Positions 1-13,103 are shown, counted from the stretch's first letter. The stretch is 64,000 nucleotides of DNA from an uncultured Thermoleophilia bacterium (GCA_963762825.1 CAVXLZ010000001.1:724541-788540); one strand, 5' to 3'. Notes: generated by a model from the sequence alone, not told the origin. Numbers and translations: made by a program.

Positions 1-754
1 CGCCGGGAGCGCCGCGAGGACGCCGAGCACCGCGGTCGCGAGATGCTGCAGGAGTCGCTCCGCAAGGCCGGGCTGCCGAGCCAGCGCGTGGCGGGGTCGC
101 CGCTGTTGCTCGAGGTGATCCGCGAGCTGGGGTTCAAGAAGGCCGACGAGTTCTACATCTCGCTGGGGCTGGAGAAGACCTCGGTGCAGGTGGTGGTGAA
201 CAAGATCATCCAGCGTCTGCGGGCCGGCCAGGCCGTTGTCGACGACGCCCCTGCGGGGGTCGGAGCCGCGTGGGCGGCGCCCACACACCTCGACCGCCTC
301 CAGCGAGTTGGGCATCGAGATCGACGGTCTCTCGGACGTGCTCGTGCGGCTGGCCAAGTGCTGCAAGCCGGTCCCCGGCGATCCGATCCTCGGCTACATC
401 TCGCTCGGCCGGGGCATCACCATCCATCGCGAGGACTGCCCGAACGCGAAGGCGCTCAGGAAGAACCCGGAGCGGTTCACCCCGGTCACATGGACCGGCG
501 CCAACCAGCAGTCCTTCCGGGTCGAGATCGCCATCGACGCCTGGGATCGATCGCGCCTTCTCGAGGACCTCTCGCGGGCGTTCGCCGAGGCGGGGGTCAA
601 CATCGTGTCCGCCAACGCCTCGATGGAGGACCAGATGGTGCACGATCGGTTCGTCGTCGAGGTCGGAGACATCGAGACCCTGAAGTCGTGCATCAACGGC
701 CTGCGCCAGGTCGAATCGGTCTTCGACGCCTACCGGGTCACGCCGGGCTCCTAG
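1..754 (+). CDS. relA: RelA/SpoT (p)ppGpp synthetase/hydrolase, C-terminal part (5' truncated by window; apparent +1 frameshift near 255-259)
   Basis: Frame 1 gives a RelA-like helical region. Frame 2 continues with LAKCCKPVPGDPILGYISLGRGITIHREDCPN (ZFD) and an ACT domain. The switch fits one extra G in a G5 run. Confidence 0.9.
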
Positions 755-891
755 GGCACTTCCCGGTCGACGTCGCGGCCGCCCGCCCGCCGCGACTTCC
801 CGTGGCAGGCCGGGGGGCTCGTTCGGGAAGGGCTCAGGACGAACATGGCGAGCCCCTGATGGCCGCGCCCAACTGATACGGTCCCGCGCCG

Positions 892-1662
892 ATGGCATGG
901 CTCGATCTCGTGGTCCCCTCGGCGGCCATCCTCGCTCTCTTCGCGGTGGTGGCGCTGGTCGTGGTGGCCGTCATCCAGGGGCGCAGGCTGCGCCGTATCG
1001 AAGAGCGCCTGGCCGACGTCGGTGAGTCGGCGGTCGAGGCGCCTCTGCGGCGGATCGCCGAGCTCCAGGAGCGCCACGCCGTCTCGAGCGGCGTCACGCC
1101 CACCGCGGGGTCGATGCGCACCGCCGGACTGGTTGCCCTGGTGGCGGTGGCGCTCGTGGCCGGGATCGGCGGCGTCTGGTACCTCTTCGTGCGCGGGGAC
1201 GCAGGAGCGGGGTCCAGCGCCGGAACGCCGGCGGCGACCACTGCGGGCACCACGGGCACCACCCCGGTCGAGCCTCCGACCCCGGTCGACACCACCCTGG
1301 TGCCCGAGGAGGTGCCGGTGCTGCCCGACAAGAGCATCTACACGTTGACCGTCTTCAACGCGACCGGCATCGCCGGAGCAGCCGGGGATGTGGTGGCGCC
1401 TGCGTTGAGGGGGGAGGGCTGGACCGTCCCCGACGATGCCGTGCACGTCCAGAACGAGCCCGACGGCGTCACCGGCCTCAAGGATTCGGTCGTGATGTGG
1501 ACCAAGGGCAAGCGCAGGGTGGCGTGGAGCGTGGCGAAGGATCTCGGGATCGCCCGCGCGCCGCGGGTCGACGGGTACACCGACAAGGAGATCGGCAACG
1601 CCGACGTGGTGGTGCTCGTCGGCCTCGACCTCGCGACCGGAGGGGTCACTCCGACCCCCTAG
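892..1662 (+). CDS. Membrane protein with LytR C-terminal domain
   Basis: Two TM segments, a Thr/Pro linker, then VFNATGIAGAA...ADVVVLVGLD typical of LytR_C. Confidence 0.8.
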   Translation: MAWLDLVVPSAAILALFAVVALVVVAVIQGRRLRRIEERLADVGESAVEAPLRRIAELQERHAVSSGVTPTAGSMRTAGLVALVAVALVAGIGGVWYLFVRGDAGAGSSAGTPAATTAGTTGTTPVEPPTPVDTTLVPEEVPVLPDKSIYTLTVFNATGIAGAAGDVVAPALRGEGWTVPDDAVHVQNEPDGVTGLKDSVVMWTKGKRRVAWSVAKDLGIARAPRVDGYTDKEIGNADVVVLVGLDLATGGVTPTP

Positions 1663-1673
1663 CCTCGCCTCGG

Positions 1674-2863
1674 TCAGGCCTGCCGGAGCGCCTGTTCGAG
1701 GTCCTCGATCAGGTCGTCGGGATCCTCGAGGCCGACGGAGAGGCGGATGACCCCGCCGGTGATGCCGGCGGCGATCCGGGCATCGGGGGTCATCCGGCGG
1801 TGCGTGGTGGTCGCCGGGTGCGTGACCAGCGACTTCGCGTCGCCGAGGTTGTTCGAGATGTCGATCAGCCGGAGCGCGTCGAGCACGGCGAAGGCCCTCG
1901 CCTTGGCGCCCTCGTCCCCACCGGCCAACCGGAAGGTCACCACGCTCCCCCCGCCGCTCATCTGCCGCAGCGCGAGGTCGTGTTGTGGGTGGCTCGGCAG
2001 GAACGGGTAGCGCACGGCGTCCACGCCCGGGTGCTCCTCGAGCACCCGGGCGATCCTCAGCGAGGAGGCGCACTGGTGATCCAGGCGAAGGCGCATCGTC
2101 TCGAGGCTCTTGAGCAGCACCCAGGCGTTGAAGGGGCTGATCGAGGGCCCCATGTGGCGCATCAGGGGCTCGACGTATCCGCGTACGTAGGACGTGCGCC
2201 CGAGGATGGCTCCGCCCAGGACCCGCCCCTGGCCGTCGATGTGCTTGGTGGCCGAGTAGACCACGATGTCGGCGCCGAGCGCGATCGGCTTCTGCAGCAG
2301 GGGGGTGGCGAAGACATTGTCCACGATGACCTTCGCGCCGGCCGCGTGAGCGATCTCGCAGACGGCGGGGATGTCGATGAGCTCCTGCATGGGGTTGGAG
2401 GGCGACTCGAAGAACACCACGGCCGCGGGGGTGGCGAGGGCATCTCGCCACTGATCCAGGTCGTGGCCGTCGACGAAGGTGGTCCGGATGTCCCAGCGCG
2501 GGAGGAACTCGTCCAGGATGCTGAGACACGAGCCGAAGAGGGCGCGGGACGCGACCACCCGGTCGCCCGCGTCGAGGATCGCGATCAGCGAGTTGAACAC
2601 CGCGGCCATTCCGCTTGCCGTGGCGAAGCAGTCCTCGGCACCCTCCATCAGCCGCAGGCGCTCCTCGAAGGTGGTGACCGTCGGGTTGCCGTAGCGGGAG
2701 TAGACGTAGTGGTCGACCTCGCCGGCGAACGACGCCTCGGCCTCGGCGGCGGAGGCGTAGGTGTAGCCCTGGGTCAGGAAGAGCGCCTCGGAGGTCTCCG
2801 CGAAACCGGTGCGGTTCACGCCGCCGCGCACGGCTCGGGTGTCGGGTCGCCAGCCCGGGTCGG

Positions 2864-2867
<4 letters not shown>
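1674..2867 (-). CDS. metZ: O-succinylhomoserine sulfhydrylase (PLP, Cys/Met metabolism)
   Basis: ETSEALFLTQG, YSRYGNPT, YSATKHIDGQGRVLGG, ISNNLGDAKSLVTHPATTTH. Confidence 0.9.
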
Positions 2868-4458
<1,591 letters not shown>

Positions 4459-4462
<4 letters not shown>

Positions 4463-6360
4463 TCCGTGCGCTCCATCGTGATCGCGCCGCCCCCGTCCAC
4501 CCGGGCCATCCACCCGGGCGCCACCCAGCAGGTGGCGCCCTCCATTGGGACGACCGCCGGCCCCACGATCTCCGGGCCCGGCGCGCCGGCAGGAAGATCC
4601 GGATCTACCCCGGGCCGCTCGGCCGCGAGCCGCAGGCTGACCGCCTCCACGGTGCGCGCCGGGTCGGCGTCCCCGTACCGGTCGCGGTGGGCGGCGTGGA
4701 AGGCCTCGGCCAGGTGAGCCTCAGGCGCCCGGGGATCCCAGGGGATCGTCAGCGCGTAGCTCTGGCCGACATAGCGACAGTCTGCCGCAGCGGTCTGCGC
4801 GGCCCCGGGGATCTCGCCACCCGCCCGGGCGATCAGCGGGTCGAGCAGGGGCGCCATCCTCCCGTCACCGACCGGGATCAGGACGGTCTGCACGTAGTCG
4901 CGCCGCTCTCCGGCCATCACGAGACCGAGCGCCGCCAGCACCCCCGCGGCGGGGGGCGCGATGACCCGCTGCACGCCGAGCTCGTCGGCCACCGCACAGG
5001 CGTGCAGCGGCCCGGCCCCGCCGAAGGCGATCAGGGTGGCCCCGCGGGGGTCCTCGCCCCGCTCGACGCTCACCAGCCGCAGGGCACGCACCATCTCCAG
5101 CACCGCGACGGTGACGATGCCCTCGGCGCACTCCTCCAGCCCCAGCCCGAGCTCGGTCGCCAGCCGCCCCACGGCGGCGCGGGCGGCCGCTGCATCGAGC
5201 CGGATCGCGCCGCCGAGCGCGGCTGCGAGCGGCAGACGCCCGAGCACCACGTCGGCGTCGGTCACGGTCGGAAGCTCTCCGCCGAGGCCGTACGCGGCCG
5301 GGCCGGGGCGCGCGCCGGCCGACTGGGGGCCGACCCTCAGCGCCCCGCCCGAGTCGGCCCACGCCACGCTCCCGCCGCCTGCCGAGACCGTTGTGACGTC
5401 GAGCATCGATATGTGGATCGGATGGCCGGCGATGACGGTGCCGCTGGTCCGCGCGGGCTCGCCGTCGGTGACGAGCGCGACATCGCACGAGGTCCCGCCC
5501 ATGTCGAAGGTCAACGCGAGCCGGTGCCCCTCGTCCGCTGCGAGCCGGGCCGCCCCGATCACGCCCCCGGCCGGTCCGCTCAGGACGGTCCAGGCCGCGT
5601 GCTCGGCCGCTTCCCCGATCGGCAGCACTCCACCGCTCGACTGCATGATGGCCGGCGACGGCAGGCCCTCGGCCGCCGCGCGCCCGGCGAGCCGCGCCAG
5701 GTACGTGCCGAGCACGGGGGTCAGATAGGCGTCGACGACGGTCGTCGAGATCCGCTCGTACTCGCGGATCTCCGGGAGCACCTCGCTCGAGACGCTCACG
5801 TGGACACCCGGGAGCGCCTCCCGTAGGGCCTCGGCCACGGCGCCCTCATGCCCGGGGTGGGCGAAGGAGAAGAGCAGGCCCACGGCCACGGCCCGCGCGC
5901 CCTCTGCGCGCACGGCCTCCACCACCCTCACGAGCGAGGCCTGCTCCAGGGGCCGGATGACTCCCTGCGGCCCGCAGCGCTCGGCCACCTCATGGGTCCG
6001 CTCGGGGGGGACGAGCGCCGCCGGATGGTGCGCACCGAGCCGGTACAGGTGGGCCCGGTCCTGCCGGCGGAGCTCGAGCACATCGCCGAAGCCCTCGGTG
6101 GCCACCAAGCTCGTCCGCGCTCCGGTCCCCTCCAGGAGCGCGTTCGTCCCGACCGTCATGCCGTGGGCGAAGCGGGTGACCGCCCCCGGGGCGAGGCCCG
6201 CCTGCTCCAGGGTGGCGAGGACCGCCGCGATCACGCCCTCGCTCTGGTCTGCCGGGGTCGTCGGCACCTTCGCGGTCACGAGGCGACCGCCGGTGACGAG
6301 CACCGCGTCCGTGAAGGTGCCACCGACATCGACGCCCACCAGGTGCTCGGGTCGTATCAT
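4459..6360 (-). CDS. Hydantoinase A / 5-oxoprolinase ATP-binding subunit
   Basis: GVDVGGTFTD, SGPAGG, FDMGGTSCD, AGGGS, FGGAGPLH. Confidence 0.9.
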
Positions 6361-6388
6361 CGCCCGCGCAGACTAGTCGTAGTCGAGG

Positions 6389-7257
6389 AGTTCGGATCCG
6401 CACCCTCCGTCTGGCGCTTGCCCTGCTCGCCCTCTCCGCCGCACCCGCCGCTGCGCAGGTCACCGCGCCCGGCGGGAGGCTTCTGCTGGCTCCCAGGGTG
6501 CTGTCGCCGGGGCCGCCCAACGGGGATCTCTCCCTGGGCCTCGAGGGCTGGACCCTCGAAGGGCGCGATCCCCCGCTCCTGCTCGCGCCCGGCGCGCGGC
6601 TGGTGGGCAACCCGACGCTCGTCTCACCGCCGCTCGCGATCCCCGTCACGGCTCAGACCCTGCGCATCACGGCGCGCGCGAAGGGGAGTGGGGGTCTTCT
6701 CGCGGTGCGCGCACGCCCCGAGGACGGCTCGGCGGAGGTCCCTCTCGGCATGCTCGAGCTCGGTGCCCGCCGCCGGTCGTGGCCCGTGGGGGCCGCAGCC
6801 GTCGCCGGGCGCACGGTACGTGTGGTGCTCGATCCGGTGCCCGCCCTGGGTACCAGCGTGGACATCCTCCGTGTCGGCCCCGTGACATCTTCCCTCGCCG
6901 GCTGGGCCGTGGAGCGGGGGGCACTGGAGGTGAAGGGCGCACGCGGACGGCGCACCGTGCGCGTGGGCGACGAGCCCCTCATCCTCCGGTCACCGACCTA
7001 TCGCGCGACTGCAGCTCCGCGGCGACGCACCGTGTCGGTGGAGGTGCGCGGTGACGGCGTCGTGCGGGTGGCGGCGGCCGGCCGGCGCGCGGCCCGCCGC
7101 GCCGGAGCGGCCTGGCGGCGGGTGGAGATCGTCCTCCCGACGCCGCTCCCGTGTGGCCCTCGCGCTGCGCGTCGTGGCGGCGCCCGGCCCCGGAGGCCTC
7201 GAGCTGCGCAGGCTGGGGGCCCTGAGGTTCAGAAGCCCTGGACGGTCGGGCGCATGA
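6389..7257 (+). CDS. Hypothetical secreted beta-rich protein, two apparent frameshifts (~6430, ~7140); start uncertain
   Basis: Signal-peptide-like LRLALALLA/SAAPAAAQV split across frames; core ORF from 6498; C-terminal VALALRVVAAPGPGGLELRRLG in another frame. Confidence 0.45.
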
Positions 7258-7921
7258 GGATCTCGTTGACGTCCACGTGGGGCGGCTGCTGGATGGCGAA
7301 GATGATGGTCCGGGCGACGTCGTCGGCCGTCAGCTGGGCGCCGCCCACCGGCTCGTCGTAGAAGGCCGTCTCCACCGTCCCCGGGGAGATGAGGGTCACG
7401 CGTACCCCGCTGCCGTCGAGCTCCTGGCGCGCCGCCTCGGACATCGCCGTCACGGCCCATTTGGTCGCCGAGTAGAGCGACCCCGGGGCCACCTTCCGGC
7501 CGGCGACCGAGCCCATCAGCAGCAGGTGACCTCTGCGGGTGCGCAGCTCCTCGATGCAGGCACGCACGGTGAGGGCCGCGCCGAGTACGTTCGTGAGCAC
7601 CATCTCGCGCCAGTGCTCGGGGGACTCGGCCAGGAAGCCGCGCTTGGCACCGAATCCGGCATTGGCGAACGCCACGTCGATGCCTCCGAACGCCTCGACG
7701 GCACGGCGGACCATCGCCTGCTGCTGGGTCCACTCGGTGACGTCGCATTCGACGGGGAGGGCCCGCTCCGCTCCTCCGAGCTCCGCGGCGAGCTCCTCGA
7801 GGCGCCCGAGCGAGCGCGCGGCGAGGACCACCCGGAACCCCGCGCCCGCGGCCGCCCGTGCAGTGGCTTCACCGATCCCGCTCGATGCCCCCGTGATCAG
7901 CACGACGCGGCTCTCTGGCAT
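7229..7921 (-). CDS. Short-chain dehydrogenase/reductase (YdfG-like)
   Basis: TGASSGIG, NAG, YSATK catalytic motif, PPHVDVNEI. Confidence 0.9.
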   Translation of the reverse strand: MPESRVVLITGASSGIGEATARAAAGAGFRVVLAARSLGRLEELAAELGGAERALPVECDVTEWTQQQAMVRRAVEAFGGIDVAFANAGFGAKRGFLAESPEHWREMVLTNVLGAALTVRACIEELRTRRGHLLLMGSVAGRKVAPGSLYSATKWAVTAMSEAARQELDGSGVRVTLISPGTVETAFYDEPVGGAQLTADDVARTIIFAIQQPPHVDVNEILMRPTVQGF

Positions 7922-7923
7922 GT

Positions 7924-8756
7924 CTACCCCTCGATGCGGCGGGCGTATGCCGATGGGAACTCCGGACGGAGCTTGGCCGCCTGCCCGATGGCTGTGCTTC
8001 GGGAGTCGTAGATGCCCGAGAACACGACCCAGTAACCCGAGCGAAGCCCCGAGTGGTCCGAGGAGAAGAGCACTCCGGCGGGATTGCCCCCTCCGGCGAC
8101 CCTGCTCTTGGCCGAGCGCGCGTCGCTCTCGCTGCGCACCGCGGCGAGCACGGCCGTCCAGGCGTTCCTGCCGATCGGCCAGTCGGAGTGCGCCCGACGC
8201 CGGCTCGGGCGTCGGGGTGGGGGTCGGGGATGGGGGTGGGGGTCGCGTCGCTCGTTGACCCGGGCGTCGATCCGGACGGCCCGGTGACCGTGTCGAAGCC
8301 GGTCGTGGCTGCGGTGCCCGGGATCGTGGACACCGGCGCCGTGGGCGTCGTGACCGACGTGTCGGCGGGCAGCGGGCCGGTATCCGGGAGCGCGGTGATG
8401 GTGGGCGTCGTGCCCCCGGGAAAGGCCGTCGGTGCGCTCTGGCCGGAGGTGACGGCCGGGCCGGCCGCCGTTTCGTCGTCCCGGAGCAGCGCGTAGGCGA
8501 GGATGCCCGCTCCGAGCCCCAGCACGATCATCGCCCCCGCGAGGACGGCCGGCATGCGTCCGCGGCGCAGGCGCGGGGCGAGCGGCGTTGGCGAGCCGCA
8601 CTCGAGGCAATAGGTCTGGTCGCTCTCGAGCTCAGCGCCGCAGACCCGGCAGTCGGGCGGCGCGGAGGGTGGGTCCCCGCCCGCCTGATCGTCACCCTCC
8701 CCGGAGGCGAACCAGCGCTGGGCCCCCTCCCAGCCGGTGGGCCTGTCCTCGCTCAC
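7924..8756 (-). CDS. Zinc-ribbon + TM + SPOR-like domain protein (apparent frameshift ~8190-8240 in G-runs)
   Basis: CRVCG...YCLECG, TM helix and Thr/Pro linker in one frame; DWP...WTAVLAA...LRSGYWVVFSGIY...FPSAYARRI in another. Confidence 0.65.
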
Positions 8757-9358
8757 GTCGACTCGCGGAAGGAGATGACCGCGGTCACCTGGTCGTCGCC
8801 CCCGACCGGGGGCGGGACCACCTGGGTACCGCACTGCCAACAGAAGCGCGCCTCGGCCTGGAACGGGGTGCGGCAGGTGAGGCAGCAGCCCACCGACGGG
8901 TCGGGGGCCTGTGGGTGCCGTCGCTCCTGCCGCTCGCGCTCGACCTCGCTCAGTCGCACGTCGATGTCGCGAACCGTGTCGTCCAGCTCGGCCACCTCGA
9001 CCGCCCGTGCGCGGAGGACGCCCTCGGGAAGCAGGTCGTGGCGGTAGAGCTCGAAGGCGAGGCCTCCGAGGTGGTAGAGGGATTCCTCGCGCTGGCTGAG
9101 CAGGTGGCGCCGGTCTCGTCGCAGGCGCCGTGGCCCGGCGGGGCGGGCCGGCTGCGGGATCGCCTCGGTCTGCTCGGAGCCCTCGGCCGGCTCGGAGCTC
9201 TCGGCCGCGGGCTCGGGCCCCTCCTGCGCCGTCGGTTCGGGGCGATCGCGTCGAAAGCCCCAACGCCGCCCCACGGGCTCGGGTGCGGCGGGTGCATCCT
9301 CCCCGGCACGGGCGTCGTCGTCGGTCGTCTCGTCGTCTGGTGGGGGGTGCGCGCTCAT
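8753..9358 (-). CDS. Coiled-coil protein with C-terminal zinc ribbon
   Basis: LGGLAFELYR helix; CLTC...ARFCWQCG. Confidence 0.7.
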   Translation of the reverse strand: MSAHPPPDDETTDDDARAGEDAPAAPEPVGRRWGFRRDRPEPTAQEGPEPAAESSEPAEGSEQTEAIPQPARPAGPRRLRRDRRHLLSQREESLYHLGGLAFELYRHDLLPEGVLRARAVEVAELDDTVRDIDVRLSEVERERQERRHPQAPDPSVGCCLTCRTPFQAEARFCWQCGTQVVPPPVGGDDQVTAVISFREST

Positions 9359-9429
9359 CGTGTCGGCTGGCATCGTAACGGGCCCCCACGGTCGCGACGG
9401 ACTCCGGCGTTGTGACATATCCTGGCGCG

Positions 9430-9765
9430 GTGAGCGCCGAACCCGCGCTGGAATGGAGCACCGAGCCCTTCGGACCGGCCCTTCGCGCGGCTCTGCGGGC
9501 CCGAGGGATGAGCTTTCGTGACCTCGAGAGCCGGTCGCTCGTGCCGGTCGGGAACCTCCACGATCACGTCAGCGGCAAGCGCGGCGTCCCGGGGGACGAC
9601 CTCATGGGCCGAATCGCGGCCGGTGTGCACGTGGAGCCGTCCTACTTCCGGGAATGGCGCGAGCGCCGGTTGATCGAGGCCCTCCACGACGTCCCCGAGC
9701 TGGAGCTCGAGCTCTCGCGGCAGGTGGCCGAGGGCCGCCTCGGCCGATCCGGCGGCTCGCTGTGA
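9430..9765 (+). CDS. XRE-family helix-turn-helix protein
   Basis: RGMSFRDLESRSLVPVGNLHDHVSGKR HTH pattern; TATCCT 6 nt before the GTG. Confidence 0.75.
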   Translation: MSAEPALEWSTEPFGPALRAALRARGMSFRDLESRSLVPVGNLHDHVSGKRGVPGDDLMGRIAAGVHVEPSYFREWRERRLIEALHDVPELELELSRQVAEGRLGRSGGSL

Positions 9766-9796
9766 CGCGGGCCGCACCGATGGCCGGAGGCTCGAT

Positions 9797-10699
9797 CTGA
9801 GTATCGAGGTCGCCCTCGTCACGGGTGCGACCGGTCTCGTGGGCGAGGCGCTCGTTGCGCGACTGCGCTCCTGCGGCGTGCGGGTGCTCGCGACGGCCCG
9901 TTCGCATGTGGCCGAGCGCTCTCTCCTGGCGGCGGGCGCTGAGCCGCTCCATACCGACGCCGCCGGCCTGGGCGGCTGGGTCCGGGAGACCGCGGATGCG
10001 CAAGCCATCTTCCACCTCGGCCTGCCGCGCTTGGACCCGCCCCTGCGCAGGCTCGCCGCCCGCCGCCGCGCGGGTGATGCCGCCGCCGGTGCCGGGGCGG
10101 TGGCTGCGCTCGCCGACGGCCGGCCCGTGGTGATGCTCTCAACCGGGCTCGCCTTCGGCGATCGATCGTCCCCGGCGGTGGACGCCGACCCCGCCGGCGC
10201 TACCCCGGCGATCGCGGCGGCCGCCCTGGCCGCCGAGCACGCTCTTGCCGGGGCCGATCTGAGGGTGGTGAGGGTGCCCTGGATCCACGGACCCGGCGGG
10301 TTGGCACGCGATCTCATCGCCGGCCTGCGATTCGGTCGCTTCCGCGTGGTGGGATCGGGCGACAACCGCTGGGCGATGCTCGGCGCCGACGACGCCGCCG
10401 CGGCGCTCCTCGCGGCCCTCGACGCCCCATCCGGGCACTACACGGCGGCCGAAGCCGACGTCCCGACCCAGTCGCAGGTGGTGGACGTCGTGTGCGCCGT
10501 CCCCGGCCACCGCCGGCCCGACCGCCTCCCGCCCCGCTTTGCGGCCCTCTCGATGGGCGGTGCCATGAGCGAGGCCCTGTCGACTTCGCTCTGGATCAGG
10601 ACCGGGGCCCTTTCCGAGCACGGCTGGGAGCCCCGCCAGGACTGGCGAGAGGAGCTCGTCAGGATGGCGGAGGGCTCGGGGCCGCCTCCCCGGCGGTGA
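9797..10699 (+). CDS. NAD-dependent epimerase/dehydratase family protein
   Basis: VALVTGATGLVG Rossmann motif begins upstream of the first GTG (9839); in-frame CTG at 9797 follows GGAGG. Confidence 0.75.
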   Translation: MSIEVALVTGATGLVGEALVARLRSCGVRVLATARSHVAERSLLAAGAEPLHTDAAGLGGWVRETADAQAIFHLGLPRLDPPLRRLAARRRAGDAAAGAGAVAALADGRPVVMLSTGLAFGDRSSPAVDADPAGATPAIAAAALAAEHALAGADLRVVRVPWIHGPGGLARDLIAGLRFGRFRVVGSGDNRWAMLGADDAAAALLAALDAPSGHYTAAEADVPTQSQVVDVVCAVPGHRRPDRLPPRFAALSMGGAMSEALSTSLWIRTGALSEHGWEPRQDWREELVRMAEGSGPPPRR

Positions 10700-10979
10700 G
10701 GGGTACCGACGCGGACAGCGTCTGCTCTCCGCGGCGATAGATGATGTCGAGCTTGTCGCCCCTCAGGTCGCCGTAGACGCCGATACCGATCGCCAGCATC
10801 AGCGAGCGGCCCAAGCCGAGCTTCGGTTGGGCTCTCAGCGGACGTAGGAAACGGAGCACCGGGCCGTCGATCGTGAAGTCGGTGTTCTCGACCCACTCCT
10901 CGCCGTTCACATAGACGCGGATAGAGGATTCTGCGCCTTCGGGCAGTAGGATCGACGAGACCTGGTTTCCGCTAGTCAT
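10659..10979 (-). CDS. Small hypothetical protein
   Basis: Plausible globular ORF (IRVYVNGEEWVENTDFTIDG...IGIGVYGDL) with visibly lower GC than neighbours. Confidence 0.55.
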   Translation of the reverse strand: MTSGNQVSSILLPEGAESSIRVYVNGEEWVENTDFTIDGPVLRFLRPLRAQPKLGLGRSLMLAIGIGVYGDLRGDKLDIIYRRGEQTLSASVPLTAGEAAPSPPPS

Positions 10980-11097
10980 TGTTAACGAGGGTACCGCACC
11001 GCTAAAGGTCGGCTTCGCGGCACCGATTGCACCCCTGCCGTACCCACGCTCCCTGTGCGTGCGTGCGATTGAGCCCCCGAGATCCGAGGCACTCGAT

Positions 11098-12517
11098 ATG
11101 GCTGCATGCATACCCCCGCTCGCTCGACGCTGGACGACGGCGCTCCTTCTGTCGCTGATCGCCCTGGCCTTCGTGCCGGGAGTGGCCGGTGCCGCTCAGC
11201 CGGGCACTGTGACCCTGCTGGCGACCGAGTCCGCGTACAAGTTCGACCACCCTGACGCTGCCGAGTGGAGCCACCGTCTCGACCTCCCCGGGTCTCTTCC
11301 GGTTGCGGGTCACACCGGCCGGCGGCGCGCCGGTCGAGCGCCCGGGCTTCTGCATCGATGCCCTCCATGTCATCGGCCAGGGCATCAACTACTCGGTGAG
11401 CCTCCAGACCGCAGCCGACGATCCCCGCCTGGCAACGGCTCGATACGGCGAGGCGGCATGGCTGATCCAGTCGGCGGAGGGTCTCATCGCCGCCGCCGCG
11501 CCGAGTGCGCGCAGCCTCGAGTCCGGAGCCCTGCAGACGGCCGTCTGGCAGCTGACCGACCAGATCCGTGAGACCAACCCGAGCTCCGATGCCGTCCTCA
11601 ACGCCCGCACGGCCGCCCTCCGCGCCCTCGCGGCGGGCAAGGCCGTGGGTGGTCCGCTGACGATGACCCCCTCGATGACCCGGGGCTGCGCGGGACGCAG
11701 CTCGGTGGCGGTCAACCTGACCGGCGCGCCGGGCAGCACGGCCGACCTCTCTGTGGCGAGCGGTGCAGGCACCGTCAGCCCGGCGCAGGTCCGCTTCGGC
11801 GCCGACGGGACCGCCGCGGCTTCGGTGACCTCCGCCACGGCCGGCGTGGTGGCGATCACCGCGCGTTCCCAGGGCGGCACCATCACCCGCCTCGCGCGCA
11901 GCAGCGCCTCCGCGCAGACCCCGCAGGAGACGATGGTCCTCGTGCCGCAGGCCTACTCGGCCACGACCACCGTGACCTTCGAGGACTGCCCGGTGATCCC
12001 GTTCGAGGGTCCGACGACCCCGACGACCCCGGCCGCTCCCGTCGCCCCGCTCGATACGCCCACCGCGAAGCCCGTCGTGCCGAGCACACCGGTCGCGCCC
12101 CAGCAGCCCGCGCAGGCCACCCCGAAGTTCACCCTCGTCAAGAAGGGCCCGGCCCGCATCACCGCCGGGGCACGCACCCGCTACACCATCACGGTTCGCA
12201 ACCGTGGCACGTCCGTCCTGCGCAACCTCACCCTGACCGACGTCCTGCCCAAGGGGATGTCCCTCACCGGGACCCCGTCCGGCGCGCGTCTGCGCGGCGG
12301 CAGGGTCGTGTGGAGCGTGGGCGCGCTGAAGGCCCGCGGCTCGCGCACCTTCCGGGTCAACGTGCGTATCGACGCCGACATCTCGGGTCGTCGCTGCAAC
12401 CGCGCCATCGCGACCGCCCCGGGTGGCATCGGCTCGAGCGCGGTGCGGCGGACGGCGAAGGCCTGCACCGCCGTGAAGGCGCTGCCCCGAGTTCTGCTGC
12501 CCGCGGTCACCGCCTGA
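11098..12517 (+). CDS. Secreted thioester-domain (TED/TQXA-like) protein with C-terminal DUF11 Ig-like domain (apparent frameshift ~11241)
   Basis: Signal peptide in frame 1; frame 2 has GFCID and LQTAVW motifs, a Pro/Thr linker, and KKGP...YTITVRNRG...LTLTDVLP (DUF11). Confidence 0.7.
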
Positions 12518-12563
12518 TCGATCCGGGTGGAGGGAGCCGGATGCTCCCTCCACCCGGATGGTT

Positions 12564-13031
12564 TCACCCTGGCGTCTCTCCGACCTCGTCCGGTCCTGGT
12601 TCGCTCATCTGAGGCGCCGGCGGGGGGACGACGTCCACCACGCCGACATCGACGGTCGTGACCCTCATGCCGGTGGCGAACTCCACGCGCTCGGTGATGC
12701 GCGCGCGCACGTCCTCGACGATGCGCGGGATCTCCACTCCGTCGCGCACCACCAGCCGCACCTCGATCGCGGCCGATCCATCGGTGACGCGCACGCTGGC
12801 TCCGCCGCGCCGCCGCTCGGCCGGCCTCGTCCATCCGCGGCGGGCTCCGCCGCTGCGCAGATCCTCCACGCCTTCGACCTCGCGAGCCGCGGCGCCGGCG
12901 ACCTTGGCCACGATCGAGTCGGCGATCCAGGTGCTGCCGTGGGGAGCGCCGGCGGAGGCCGCGGAATCCTCGCCCGCGGCCTCCGCCGGGGGCCCCTCGG
13001 TGGTGATCGTGGGATCGGTGTCGGACGTCAT
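12564..13031 (-). CDS. Asp23/Gls24 envelope stress family protein
   Basis: IADSIVAKVAGAAAREVEGV...TGMRVTTVDVGVVDV. Confidence 0.85.
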   Translation of the reverse strand: MTSDTDPTITTEGPPAEAAGEDSAASAGAPHGSTWIADSIVAKVAGAAAREVEGVEDLRSGGARRGWTRPAERRRGGASVRVTDGSAAIEVRLVVRDGVEIPRIVEDVRARITERVEFATGMRVTTVDVGVVDVVPPPAPQMSEPGPDEVGETPG

Positions 13032-13103
13032 CGGGTCTCCTCTCGGTTCGCCCCGAGTGTGACCGATGCCGGCAGGCGCGTCACCGGCGCCAGGTTCAGG
13101 CGC

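Noticed and set aside
255-260. Programmed frameshift in relA
   Set aside because: No slippery heptamer or stimulatory structure evident; matches the window-wide homopolymer indel pattern
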